Assembly: GCF_000092105.1 (NCBI RefSeq)
Contig: NC_014148.1
Location: 2,550,001 to 2,582,000, forward strand
Origin: Planctopirus limnophila DSM 3776
Lineage (GTDB): Bacteria > Planctomycetota > Planctomycetia > Planctomycetales > Planctomycetaceae
Direction of reading: 5' to 3'
DNA: 32,000 nt
Part shown: one piece after another, positions 18,715 through 27,061 of the stretch
Layout: every line of letters begins with the position of its first letter
Numbering within the stretch: position 1 is the first letter of the stretch
Position numbers and translations under genes: made by a program
Notes under the pieces: model-generated
Databases searched by the model: none
Seen by the model: only the letters and a program-made list of their open reading frames with translations
Told to the model about the DNA's origin: nothing

Positions 18715-19812
18715 ATGTTCTCTGCAACTCAATCGACTTTTCGCTTCCTGACGGGATTCACTCCAGCGATCTATTCGATCATTGGAGCATTGTGCCTGAC
18801 AGCAGGTTTCGCGACGTCTCGCCTTAATGCTGCTGAAGACTATGTTGTTTACGAAGGCTCAGCCGGCCCAGGTCAGGGAAAACACATTGTGTTCCTGGCA
18901 GGCGATGAAGAATATCGCTCGGAGGAATGCCTTCCCCAACTGGCAAAAATTCTGGCAGCCCGCCATGGCTTCAAATGCACTGTGCTCTTCTCCATTGATG
19001 AGAGCACTGGGGATATCAATCCTCAAAACGGCAAATCACTCAGTCACCCTGAAGCCATTGATACCGCTGACGCATTCGTGATGCTGCTGCGATTTCGTCA
19101 ATGGCCCGATGAAACCATGGCTCGATTCATCAAGGCTGTCGAAGCTGGCAAACCAGTGATTGCGCTGCGTACCAGCACACACGCTTTCAACTATGGCGGT
19201 AACTCAGACAGCCCCTTTGCAAAATACGGCTGGAACTATTCGAAAGCTCCGGAATGGAAAGGCGGTTTTGGCAAGCAGATTCTGGGAGAAACCTGGGTGG
19301 CACATCATGGTCATCACAAAGTGGAAGGAACCCGAGGCATTATCGAGCCCTCACAAGCAGAACACCCGATTCTGCGAGGTGTGAAAGATGTCTTTGGCGA
19401 TACCGACGTTTACACAGCCAATCCACCAGCAGATGCCACCATCCTCATGCGTGGGGAAGTGACCAAAACTCTGGAACCAGATTCGCCCGCAGTCGAAGGG
19501 AAGAAAAACAATCCGATGCAGCCAATTGCCTGGACTCGTGACCACAAGCACGAAACAGGCTCGACAAGTCGTATTTTCACGACCACCATGGGCTCAGCCA
19601 CAGACATTCAAAGCGAAGGTGTCCGCAGGATGATCATCAATGCGGTCTATTGGGGACTGGGGCAGGAAGCCGCCATTGATCCCACCTCGAATGTGGCTTT
19701 TGTCGGCGAATTTGTACCGACCATGTATGGCTTTGGTTCCTACAAAAAGGGGATTAAACCCGCCGATCTGAAGATGTCGCCAGAAGAACTTCAACAGGCG
19801 GCCAGTCGTTAG
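18715..19812 (+). CDS. Exported ThuA-like (class I glutamine-amidotransferase-like fold) protein
   Basis: Signal peptide with SD GGGAGG upstream. GKHIVFLAGDEEYRSEECLPQLAKILA, then ADAFVMLLRF...FIKAVEAGKPVIALRTSTHAF, matches the ThuA-domain pattern common in Planctomycetes. The function is inferred. Confidence 0.8.
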   Translation: MFSATQSTFRFLTGFTPAIYSIIGALCLTAGFATSRLNAAEDYVVYEGSAGPGQGKHIVFLAGDEEYRSEECLPQLAKILAARHGFKCTVLFSIDESTGDINPQNGKSLSHPEAIDTADAFVMLLRFRQWPDETMARFIKAVEAGKPVIALRTSTHAFNYGGNSDSPFAKYGWNYSKAPEWKGGFGKQILGETWVAHHGHHKVEGTRGIIEPSQAEHPILRGVKDVFGDTDVYTANPPADATILMRGEVTKTLEPDSPAVEGKKNNPMQPIAWTRDHKHETGSTSRIFTTTMGSATDIQSEGVRRMIINAVYWGLGQEAAIDPTSNVAFVGEFVPTMYGFGSYKKGIKPADLKMSPEELQQAASR

Positions 19813-19884
19813 TTTCAACTTGCTTTCCCTGCCAGCCAGCGTTTGCAGGATCGATAGCGACTTCGCCGACATGACTTCGAGAAA

Positions 19885-19920
19885 CCCCGTCAACATCGAT
19901 TGTTGGCGGGGTGAATTTAT
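19885..19920 (+). terminator. Rho-independent terminator candidate after the ThuA-like gene
   Basis: CCCCGTCAACA-tcgat-TGTTGGCGGGG (11 bp including one G.U pair, 5-nt loop), followed by TGAATTTATT. Confidence 0.5.
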
Positions 19921-20168
19921 TGAGTGAGAAAGGTCGCTGGGCTCGGCTCATCCCGATTCCAATGAACTAATGCGCGGCGGGTGGCTGGGGTTGAATACTG
20001 CAAACTGTATTATCCCCACACGATAGCTGCAAAACTCCGCTCAAACTTATCTCGTTCAGACAGCCTGTAGTCTGCCATCTGGTGGTGATGAAAAGTGATC
20101 CATAGCCTGTTAGATACCAAGATCACGGCTCGTGACAGCGTCCAGAAGTTTTGAAAACTTCCGCTTCA

Positions 20169-20543
20169 TCAGTCACTGGATGACACTGAGTGCTCGTTGA
20201 GTTCATCGAGTGTCACGAATTCGAGTGTCGAGATATGAGTTGCTTCGAGAACCACGGGAGGAGCGACGCCGTGTTCGAGTGCTTCCTTCCAACGGACAAC
20301 ACACAGACACCAGCGGTCTCCGGGCTTTAATCCGGGAAAATTCCACTGAGGAACTGGCGTAACGAGATCATTACCACGCGCCTTGGAAAACTGCAGAAAT
20401 TCTTCGGTGACTTCTGAACAAACCAGATGCAGGCCTGTGTCGTCACCCCCGGTATTGCAGCAACCGTCTCGATAGAAGCCCGTCAAAGGGTCAAAACCAC
20501 AGGGAATCAGGGGAGTTCCCAAGACATTACTGGCTGTTCTCAT
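20169..20543 (-). CDS. DUF2237 family protein
   Basis: NVLGTPLIPCGFDPLTGFYRDGCCNTGGDDTGLHLVCSEVTEEFLQFSKARGNDLVTP...PGDRWCLCVVRWKEA matches the DUF2237 consensus as I recall it. ATG 20543 is preceded by a strong SD, AAGGAGGAGT. The track start at 20594 is rejected. Confidence 0.85.
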   Translation of the reverse strand: MRTASNVLGTPLIPCGFDPLTGFYRDGCCNTGGDDTGLHLVCSEVTEEFLQFSKARGNDLVTPVPQWNFPGLKPGDRWCLCVVRWKEALEHGVAPPVVLEATHISTLEFVTLDELNEHSVSSSD

Positions 20544-20682
20544 GACGAATACTCCTCCTTTGGAACCATGGGACAGTTCTGCCGGAGTTTCCATTGCCTG
20601 GCTATCCGATCAACTGCATGCAGCATTGCTAAACAGTTCGCCTGATGCAACTGCCAGAAAAGGGCTTGAATCAAAATCGTGA

Positions 20683-22152
20683 TCACTTACCGGGTGTTTT
20701 TGGCTCTATACGGGGTTCTGCGACATCGAGGCAGAGCAGGGTGTCTTCATCCCGCAGATACAATTGACCATTGGCAAGAACTGGTGCCACCCACGTGGGA
20801 TAACTGAGATCTTCCCAACCGGTACGACTAACCTCTCGATAACCCTGACGAGAGAATTCCCCCAGCATGAGAGTGCCACGTTCACTCCATAAGATATACC
20901 GATCTCCGATGCGGATTTTTGAGCCTCGCCCAAAAAATGGCCAGGGAACCTCTTCACCCGTATCGCGACGTTTCAATCGACCTGTCTGCGAACTTCTCTC
21001 CAGAAGTTCGGCATCGATATTCAAGCCAGATTCTTCCCACAAAAGCTCACCCGATTCTGCATCGACGGCCTGAAGCATCGCACCATTTTCATGCCTGCCA
21101 GAAAACCCATAGATAACTCCTTGATCATAAAAGGGAGTTGACCAGTGGGCCTGTAACTGATCGGGCTTCTTCCAGACTTCTATAACACCCACCCCGCCAG
21201 GCTGAAGTTCCAACAGCACAGATCCGGCTTCATAAGCCGCGACTAAAAGAATTTTTCGACCCCAGACGACAGGCCTAGCAGCATTAACCGATTCATGGAC
21301 TCGCGCGCGGAACCAGTAGTGAAATCGCTCCTTACCGGTTTCTGGATCGAGCGAGACTAATCCCTGCCGCATCAGACAGAGTAAATGCCTTTTGCCATCG
21401 ACTTCATGAATGACAGGCGATGAGTAACTGACCACCATTTCTTCTCCAGTCCAGCGATAGGGCTTTCCTGTTGAAGTCACACAGCCATCCCAGGTTGACT
21501 TTCCTACGGCTTCCCAAAGGACGTTTCCTGTGGCGAGATCAAAAGCCACGACACCCGAATTTGGTTGTCCGCCGACCAGGACAATCAAACGCTGGCCATC
21601 GATGATCGGGCTGCAGCCAAATCCAAAGAAATGCTCAGGCACCCGCCATTTTTTGGCACAATCCACTTCCCACTTCAACTGGCCATGTTCGAGATCCAGA
21701 CAGATCAGTCGCCCCTCCGCCCCAAAGGTGATCACCAGACCTTGGGCAATCAGCGGAGTGGCTCTCGGGCCGCCATTGTATCCGTAAGGATCGACATACG
21801 ACGTGGTCGTCTCATATCGCCAGAGCCTTTCCCCAGTCGTGGCTTTCAGGCAATCGACAAACTCCTGTTTTCTGATCCGGTGATGAATGATTACTCGATC
21901 ACCGACAACCGAAGGTGCCGAATAACCTTCACCAATTGTGGCTTTCCATAACACGGGAGGCCCTGAAGCAGGCCATTTCTTCGCCAGATCTGTCTCATGG
22001 GAGATTCCGAGATGTGTCGAACCCAGAAACCATGGCCAATCTTCGGCCTGAGCCCCATGGCCCAGACCTGACAAAATTACGCCCATCAGCAGCAGCACAC
22101 CTGGCACTGATGCAATGGATCGTCCTGCCCGGCGTGCTGCAGACCTTGTCAT
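20683..22152 (-). CDS. Exported PQQ-like beta-propeller repeat protein (BamB-like fold)
   Basis: Signal peptide (VLLLMGVILSGLGHGAQA), then EDWPWFLGSTHLGISHETDL...GPPVLWKATIGEGYSAPSVVGDRVII and repeated G-x-L-x-W blades. Confidence 0.85.
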   Translation of the reverse strand: MTRSAARRAGRSIASVPGVLLLMGVILSGLGHGAQAEDWPWFLGSTHLGISHETDLAKKWPASGPPVLWKATIGEGYSAPSVVGDRVIIHHRIRKQEFVDCLKATTGERLWRYETTTSYVDPYGYNGGPRATPLIAQGLVITFGAEGRLICLDLEHGQLKWEVDCAKKWRVPEHFFGFGCSPIIDGQRLIVLVGGQPNSGVVAFDLATGNVLWEAVGKSTWDGCVTSTGKPYRWTGEEMVVSYSSPVIHEVDGKRHLLCLMRQGLVSLDPETGKERFHYWFRARVHESVNAARPVVWGRKILLVAAYEAGSVLLELQPGGVGVIEVWKKPDQLQAHWSTPFYDQGVIYGFSGRHENGAMLQAVDAESGELLWEESGLNIDAELLERSSQTGRLKRRDTGEEVPWPFFGRGSKIRIGDRYILWSERGTLMLGEFSRQGYREVSRTGWEDLSYPTWVAPVLANGQLYLRDEDTLLCLDVAEPRIEPKTPGK

Positions 22153-22199
22153 GAGAAAGCCCTATTGAAAGAAGCGACTGCCTGAAAAGCCTTTGATTC

Positions 22200-22859
22200 C
22201 TACGACAACACAATGGTCTGCCATAAACTGGGATCAGCATCCACGGGAAACTCCAGCCCCACTGTCAGAAACTGATCAGGAATTCCATGGTGAATCCATC
22301 GATAGTAAAAGCTGAGTCGCGGACTGCCGATCGGATCAAACCCTTCCAGCTTTCCAGCCGGTAGCCAGACTTCCAGGTCATATCCCTGGGCATCGACTCG
22401 ACTACGACAGGGAATTTCATCGGGGTTAGCCAGTGCTTGCTCATCTTTCGCTCGAGCGATCGGCTGTTGAATCACGACTCCCTTTTGCGCCCCTTTTGTC
22501 GTTGTGGGGAGGCAACAGAAGTGGTGGCAGAACCGGGAAGCACGATGAATGTTTTGCGTATTTCGCGTATCGATCCAGATCTGCAGGCCATCGGTCGAAC
22601 TCGCCTGCAATGGGTTCGAGACCGGTCGATCAGGGAGATTCCCAGCCAGGCAGCGCACACCCAACCCCTCAGCATTCCAACCGAGATAAATTTCGAGTGA
22701 GTTTCCCGCTGTCCCAGTGCCCAGCTTAACTCTCTGCAATCGATGCTGGGAATCGATGGGAACCCAGTTCGCAGAATCTTTCTTCCACGGATCAAGCCTG
22801 GGGACTGGCCATTCAAATCGAAATGCAAATAACGCAGGAATCACTGGGCGAATTTCCAT
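22200..22859 (-). CDS. Hypothetical protein, possibly a CBM9/DOMON-like beta-sandwich
   Basis: 219 aa with an ATG start, 47 nt upstream of the PQQ-propeller gene. DGLQIWIDTRN...YDLEVWLPAGKLEGFDP...RLSFYYR resembles the carbohydrate-binding-family-9-like pattern. This is a weak, memory-based assignment. Confidence 0.6.
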   Translation of the reverse strand: MEIRPVIPALFAFRFEWPVPRLDPWKKDSANWVPIDSQHRLQRVKLGTGTAGNSLEIYLGWNAEGLGVRCLAGNLPDRPVSNPLQASSTDGLQIWIDTRNTQNIHRASRFCHHFCCLPTTTKGAQKGVVIQQPIARAKDEQALANPDEIPCRSRVDAQGYDLEVWLPAGKLEGFDPIGSPRLSFYYRWIHHGIPDQFLTVGLEFPVDADPSLWQTIVLS

Positions 22860-22947
22860 GTGAAGAAACTGAAATGCATCATCTCTTCATGAATCATGGA
22901 ACTCCCGGCCAGTTTTCGCAAATCCACCTGCCATCAATTGGCCCAAC

Positions 22948-23925
22948 TCACGGGACGGGAGCTTTCAGCGGCAGGTCTTCCTGTGGAATCACAATGGGTG
23001 GAGGAGCCAGAGGCAAGCCGCCCACTTCTGTCACAGGCACGATTGCCTCGACATCCGCTGGATCGACTGGCGGAGGAGGTGGTGGCAACCCGATCACAGA
23101 TAGACCTGAGTTGGAAATCAGTGTGGTTGGATCGGTCGGCAGAACAGTGGGTGGCCCGCCCGTCAGTTGCCAATACCACTGGGCCAACTCGCTGTCAGAT
23201 TCCTTCAATTTCTCAATCGAGTTCCCCACCCAGAACCGCTCTCGTCCTGAGGTGTTTGTTCGAGGCTGCCAACTGATGGCAATCGTGCCATCGACATCAT
23301 CCCGAATATCAATGCGCCCGCCATGAATATCGGCCTGGATTTGCCTTGGCTGAGATTCACTTGAAGGCCACGCTGCACTCGACTGGGGAACAACCACTGG
23401 CAACCTGGCAATTTCACGGATGCGGATCGGTTCGGGCTGAGCCACCCGTTCTGCTTCGGGTTGAGCGGGTACTTCTTGGATAAGTCCATCGGGATGGTCT
23501 TCGACAGGCAATCCCTCCTGTTCCCGTTTCTGTCTCTCACGGGCTAAGCCACGCTGCCTGGCACGGTTAGCCACTTCTCCTTTGAGAAACTCCACAAAAA
23601 TTTCATACCCCTCGGGCTGATTCGATTTCAGATCGGGCAGACTCCTTGCCCTCCAGATACGGGAAGATGTTCCTTCCGGAGTACTGACGGAGAGTGAAAT
23701 ATGAATTTCACCGCTGGGATCGCGACTGACTTTGATCACTCGCGATGGGGCTGGAGTGTGTCCTGCAGCATCCGTACTCGTGACTGGCGATGCATGACCA
23801 TCGACCGGTGCGGCGATCTGGGGGGTTGCGACGGGATCCTGATCCGTCGCAAAGCCTTCGGGCATCATCACCAGAGAAGATGATGACAGGAAACAGATCG
23901 CTAAGAGATGACGATAATCGGCCAT
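22948..23925 (-). CDS. Exported proline-rich hypothetical protein
   Basis: ATG 23925 gives MADYRHLLAICFLSSSSLVMMPEGFA (signal peptide). The protein has Pro/Glu/Gln-rich linkers and a C-terminal PPPPPPV tract. The track start at 24039 would abut the OYE gene and adds a non-signal extension. Confidence 0.6.
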   Translation of the reverse strand: MADYRHLLAICFLSSSSLVMMPEGFATDQDPVATPQIAAPVDGHASPVTSTDAAGHTPAPSRVIKVSRDPSGEIHISLSVSTPEGTSSRIWRARSLPDLKSNQPEGYEIFVEFLKGEVANRARQRGLARERQKREQEGLPVEDHPDGLIQEVPAQPEAERVAQPEPIRIREIARLPVVVPQSSAAWPSSESQPRQIQADIHGGRIDIRDDVDGTIAISWQPRTNTSGRERFWVGNSIEKLKESDSELAQWYWQLTGGPPTVLPTDPTTLISNSGLSVIGLPPPPPPVDPADVEAIVPVTEVGGLPLAPPPIVIPQEDLPLKAPVP

Positions 23926-24041
23926 GATTTGACCCCATCCGTGGGAAGTGTGCCGATATCGTACATCTGGCAATCCCCATCGAACAGAGCAGATTTTCGG
24001 AACGGCAACTTTTGCCAGACATTCATCTTGAACGGACAAAA

Positions 24042-25475
24042 CTATTTGCTGGCAGCACTGCGTTTAGCTTCTGCCTCTTTCCAGAGTGGGCCGTAAACTT
24101 CCTTATCAAAGGGCGGGCAACCCGTGGCGTACTGTCCCCAGGGGTGATCTTTGGTACGCATCAGATTTGTGCAATACGAAAAAGTTCGACAGACGGTCTT
24201 CCGGTTCAATGCCCCGTTCTTCGCCAGATGGATCGCAAAATCAGGCTGAGAAAGTGAACCTCTCCCCAGCCCCACAAATTGACAACGGCCTTGCTTCACA
24301 TTGGCAGCCCCAATTTCAAAAGCGTAATCCTGCAGCCAACTGTACCCACTCCCCACCACCGGAACTGCACCGGCGGCCTTCTGCACTTCTTTTGTCACTT
24401 CAAAGTGCCGCAATACTCCCAAAAGTGGATGTTCGGGGGCGTGATAACCATCGACTGGTGGCTGTTCAGCAGGTCGCACATAATGCGGGCAGGCATACGG
24501 GTTCCCGACTGAGACATTGATCAGCGAAATACCTGCATCCACCAACCTCCGTACCACTTCCAGTGGCTCTGTCAGGTCGATCTGCAGGGGATCGGTGCAA
24601 CTGGCACCAAAGCTGGTTTCAATGGGGAAAGTGACTGGAATCGGCTGCCCGACAAACTCCTCACCTTGTCCTTTGAAGGGGATACCATCGAAGACATTCA
24701 TACGCGTTGCCAGAATCAGGCTGGGGACTTCCGCACGAATGGCTTTGATCACATCGAGAACCAGCCGCATTCGATTTTCGAGACAACCGCCATAACTTCC
24801 CGGCCGAATTCTGGCTGCCAGAAGCTCGGATAACAGATATCGGTGGCACTGCTTGATATCGATAAAATCGCAACCGATCTGATAAGCCCGGCGGGCCGCC
24901 AGAACATACAGCTCGCCAATCTGTTCTAACTCAGCATCCGTCAGTACGGGCTTGTCGGCAGCGACGAGTTGCCCCGTTTGCTTATCGATGGTCACCAGAT
25001 CCAGAATCGGGTCGCGCATGGCCAGCAGTGGTGTGCGGTAGCTGTAGCGGCCGGAATGCGTCAATTGCAGACCCAGCAGCAGATCCTGAGTCGAGAAGCC
25101 CGCCTCTTGATGAGCCAGCCGACAATCGTTGAGCATCTTTTCTAGCAGGGGCATCGTTTCTTCAGAAATCAGCAGTTGCCGCGGATTCATCCGCCCGCGT
25201 TCTTCAATCGCCGTCGCCTCACCCCAGATCAGTTTTGCACCGCCAGCTCCAAAGCGTACGTATCGCCTGAAAGTCAGCTCATCGGGAAAACCCGCAGGTG
25301 TTCCATCACAACCTTCCATCGGCTGAATGCACAATCGGTTACCGACCTCGCGGCCACCAACCGGCAGCGATTGAAACAGCGGCGATAAATCTTGAGTCGC
25401 TTCCAGGCGATGACCCAACCGGGCGGCATCGGCAATCACATCGTCTGAAGATTTGTACTTGAAGTAGCGAGCCAA
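24042..25475 (-). CDS. NADH:flavin oxidoreductase, Old Yellow Enzyme / 2,4-dienoyl-CoA-reductase-like TIM barrel
   Basis: RLCIQPMEGCDG, KLIWGEATAI and AGCDFIDIKQCHRYLLSELL (compare GFDGVEIHGAHGYL) are OYE-family motifs. The start is TTG with SD GAGGTG 4 nt upstream, and there is no usable in-frame ATG. Confidence 0.85.
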   Translation of the reverse strand: MARYFKYKSSDDVIADAARLGHRLEATQDLSPLFQSLPVGGREVGNRLCIQPMEGCDGTPAGFPDELTFRRYVRFGAGGAKLIWGEATAIEERGRMNPRQLLISEETMPLLEKMLNDCRLAHQEAGFSTQDLLLGLQLTHSGRYSYRTPLLAMRDPILDLVTIDKQTGQLVAADKPVLTDAELEQIGELYVLAARRAYQIGCDFIDIKQCHRYLLSELLAARIRPGSYGGCLENRMRLVLDVIKAIRAEVPSLILATRMNVFDGIPFKGQGEEFVGQPIPVTFPIETSFGASCTDPLQIDLTEPLEVVRRLVDAGISLINVSVGNPYACPHYVRPAEQPPVDGYHAPEHPLLGVLRHFEVTKEVQKAAGAVPVVGSGYSWLQDYAFEIGAANVKQGRCQFVGLGRGSLSQPDFAIHLAKNGALNRKTVCRTFSYCTNLMRTKDHPWGQYATGCPPFDKEVYGPLWKEAEAKRSAASK

Positions 25476-25564
25476 GTTTCACCTCAAAAGCTGTCGATCT
25501 GTATCACTCAGGTAAACGAAATGTCTGCTGTAATCTCAGGATGAAGCGACATTTCTTGCAGGAT

Positions 25565-26092
25565 TCATGATTTCCTGGGACGGAAAGCCACGAGTCGTTC
25601 GGGACGAGTATCGAAGACTGGGCCGCCAATCAGTTCAATGCAATAAGGAACGGCTGCGAAAACTCCATCGAGACATTCACGAATGGCGCGGGGTTGTCCG
25701 GGGAGATTGATCATCAATGAACGACCGCGAATCCCGGCCGTCTGTCGCGAAAGGATGGCTGTGGGAACTTTCTCCAGCGAAACCTTCCGCATTAACTCTC
25801 CAAAACCAGGGAGCAGCTTTGTGCAGACAGCGGTTGTCGCTTCCGGAGTCACATCCCGCAGGGCAGGCCCGGTTCCTCCAGTCGTCACTATCAAGCTACA
25901 GTTCGATTGATCAGCAAGTTCGATCAGCGTCGCTTCAATCAGAGGCTGTTCATCGGCAATCAGGCGGTAATCGGCCTCATACTCACATGTAAGAACATCA
26001 TCAAGGTATTCTCTGATGGCGGGGCCGCCCCGATCTTCATAAACGCCCTGGCTGGCACGATCAGAGATTGTCACGATCCCGACTCGCAGCAT
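25565..26092 (-). CDS. mog: Molybdopterin adenylyltransferase Mog
   Basis: MLRVGIVTISDRASQGVYEDRGGPAI...LIVTTGGTGPALRDVTPEAT...VPTAILSRQ...NLPGQPRAIRECL...VPYCIELIGGP is near-collinear with E. coli Mog. SD GAGGAAG lies upstream. Confidence 0.92.
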   Translation of the reverse strand: MLRVGIVTISDRASQGVYEDRGGPAIREYLDDVLTCEYEADYRLIADEQPLIEATLIELADQSNCSLIVTTGGTGPALRDVTPEATTAVCTKLLPGFGELMRKVSLEKVPTAILSRQTAGIRGRSLMINLPGQPRAIRECLDGVFAAVPYCIELIGGPVFDTRPERLVAFRPRKS

Positions 26093-26237
26093 CTCACTTC
26101 CTCAGATGAACACAACTTCCTGTTAACTCTTGCGACCGCAGAAGTATTGAGGAATCCAGATGATATCAGGGTTCCTATCGCTGGGGAGTGCTCGGACTGA
26201 CATTTGTCGTGGATATACCTCAGAGGGGTGATGCTGG

Positions 26238-26930
26238 CTATTCATCAGCACCCAGATACGAGCGATCCATCCCCAGCAGAATCCGCAGTGAAGTGGCGGC
26301 CACACCCAGCGCAATTCCAATCACGATCGCTCTCTGTCCGGAGGTATTGATCACACTCATGATGACAAAATCGGTCAATGCAGCGAAAGAATAGGCATCA
26401 CCAACGGGTGCTGACAAAATTGTGCCGGCATAAGATCGCCCCAGCAGCACCACGAGAGCCGTCACCAGCAGCAGAGCCGCTTCAGTGCTCTTTGCGCGAA
26501 AGGCACGAAAGGCCGCCGAGGCCACGAAAAACGACAACAATGCGAACATCGTGCTTGTCGATGGTTTGATGATGTACTCATACAGCCACCAGATGACTCC
26601 CGGCTGATCTTCAAAACTTCCAGCCCACGCATATTCCGGAAACTGAGGCGTCAGGGGCACACCCAGTTTCAATAGACCCGCCACCAAGGTGACGAGAAAA
26701 CCAGCCAGAGTGAGAGCGGAGTATCCCCAGCCCGGCTTCTGGTTGTAGATCAGATTCGAATGATGCATGAAGAGATTGGCCCCGCCCAGCAGCATGGCAA
26801 TGGCTGCCAGGATCAGGAACCACGACTCCACAACGGCACTCATCCACTCCAGCCTGGGTGAGAAAAATGAAACTACCATGATGAGCCCGGTCAACATGGC
26901 AATCAGCATTGGTATTTGCCGTTTGAACAT
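26238..26930 (-). CDS. Integral membrane protein (about 6 TM), unknown function
   Basis: 230 aa, ATG start, alternating hydrophobic helices (MLIAMLTGLIMVVSFF, WFLILAAIAMLLGGANLF, YSALTLAGFLVTLVAGLL, MFALLSFFVASAAF, ALLLVTALVVLL, AIVIGIALGVAATSL). No family recognised. Confidence 0.75.
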   Translation of the reverse strand: MFKRQIPMLIAMLTGLIMVVSFFSPRLEWMSAVVESWFLILAAIAMLLGGANLFMHHSNLIYNQKPGWGYSALTLAGFLVTLVAGLLKLGVPLTPQFPEYAWAGSFEDQPGVIWWLYEYIIKPSTSTMFALLSFFVASAAFRAFRAKSTEAALLLVTALVVLLGRSYAGTILSAPVGDAYSFAALTDFVIMSVINTSGQRAIVIGIALGVAATSLRILLGMDRSYLGADE

Positions 26931-27061
26931 CAGTCGCTTGATCTTCCCGAAATATGACTCACCGAAGAAAACTTAAAGTGAAGGATCCAGAGGAAGCGGG
27001 TCGAAAGCCTTCATTCAACGGACGCTTTTCGAGCGAAAATCATCGCAATTTGCCGTTGAAA

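Noticed and set aside
20614-20623. 10-nt perfect palindrome CTGCATGCAG upstream of the DUF2237 gene; also TCGAG-t-CTCGA at 7394-7404
   Set aside because: Palindromes with 5-bp arms are expected tens of times by chance in 32 kb, so this is not evidence for an operator.
22823-23326. 167-aa + strand ORF with a Gly-rich tract (STGGGGGGNP), plus the overlapping ORFs 22896-23276 and 22934-23179
   Set aside because: They are the complement of the Pro-rich coding region of the 22948-23925 gene. The Gly run is simply the mirror of CCN proline codons.
23926-24039. Longer start (24039) for the Pro-rich protein
   Set aside because: The extra 38 residues have no signal-peptide character. ATG 23925 starts directly with a signal peptide.
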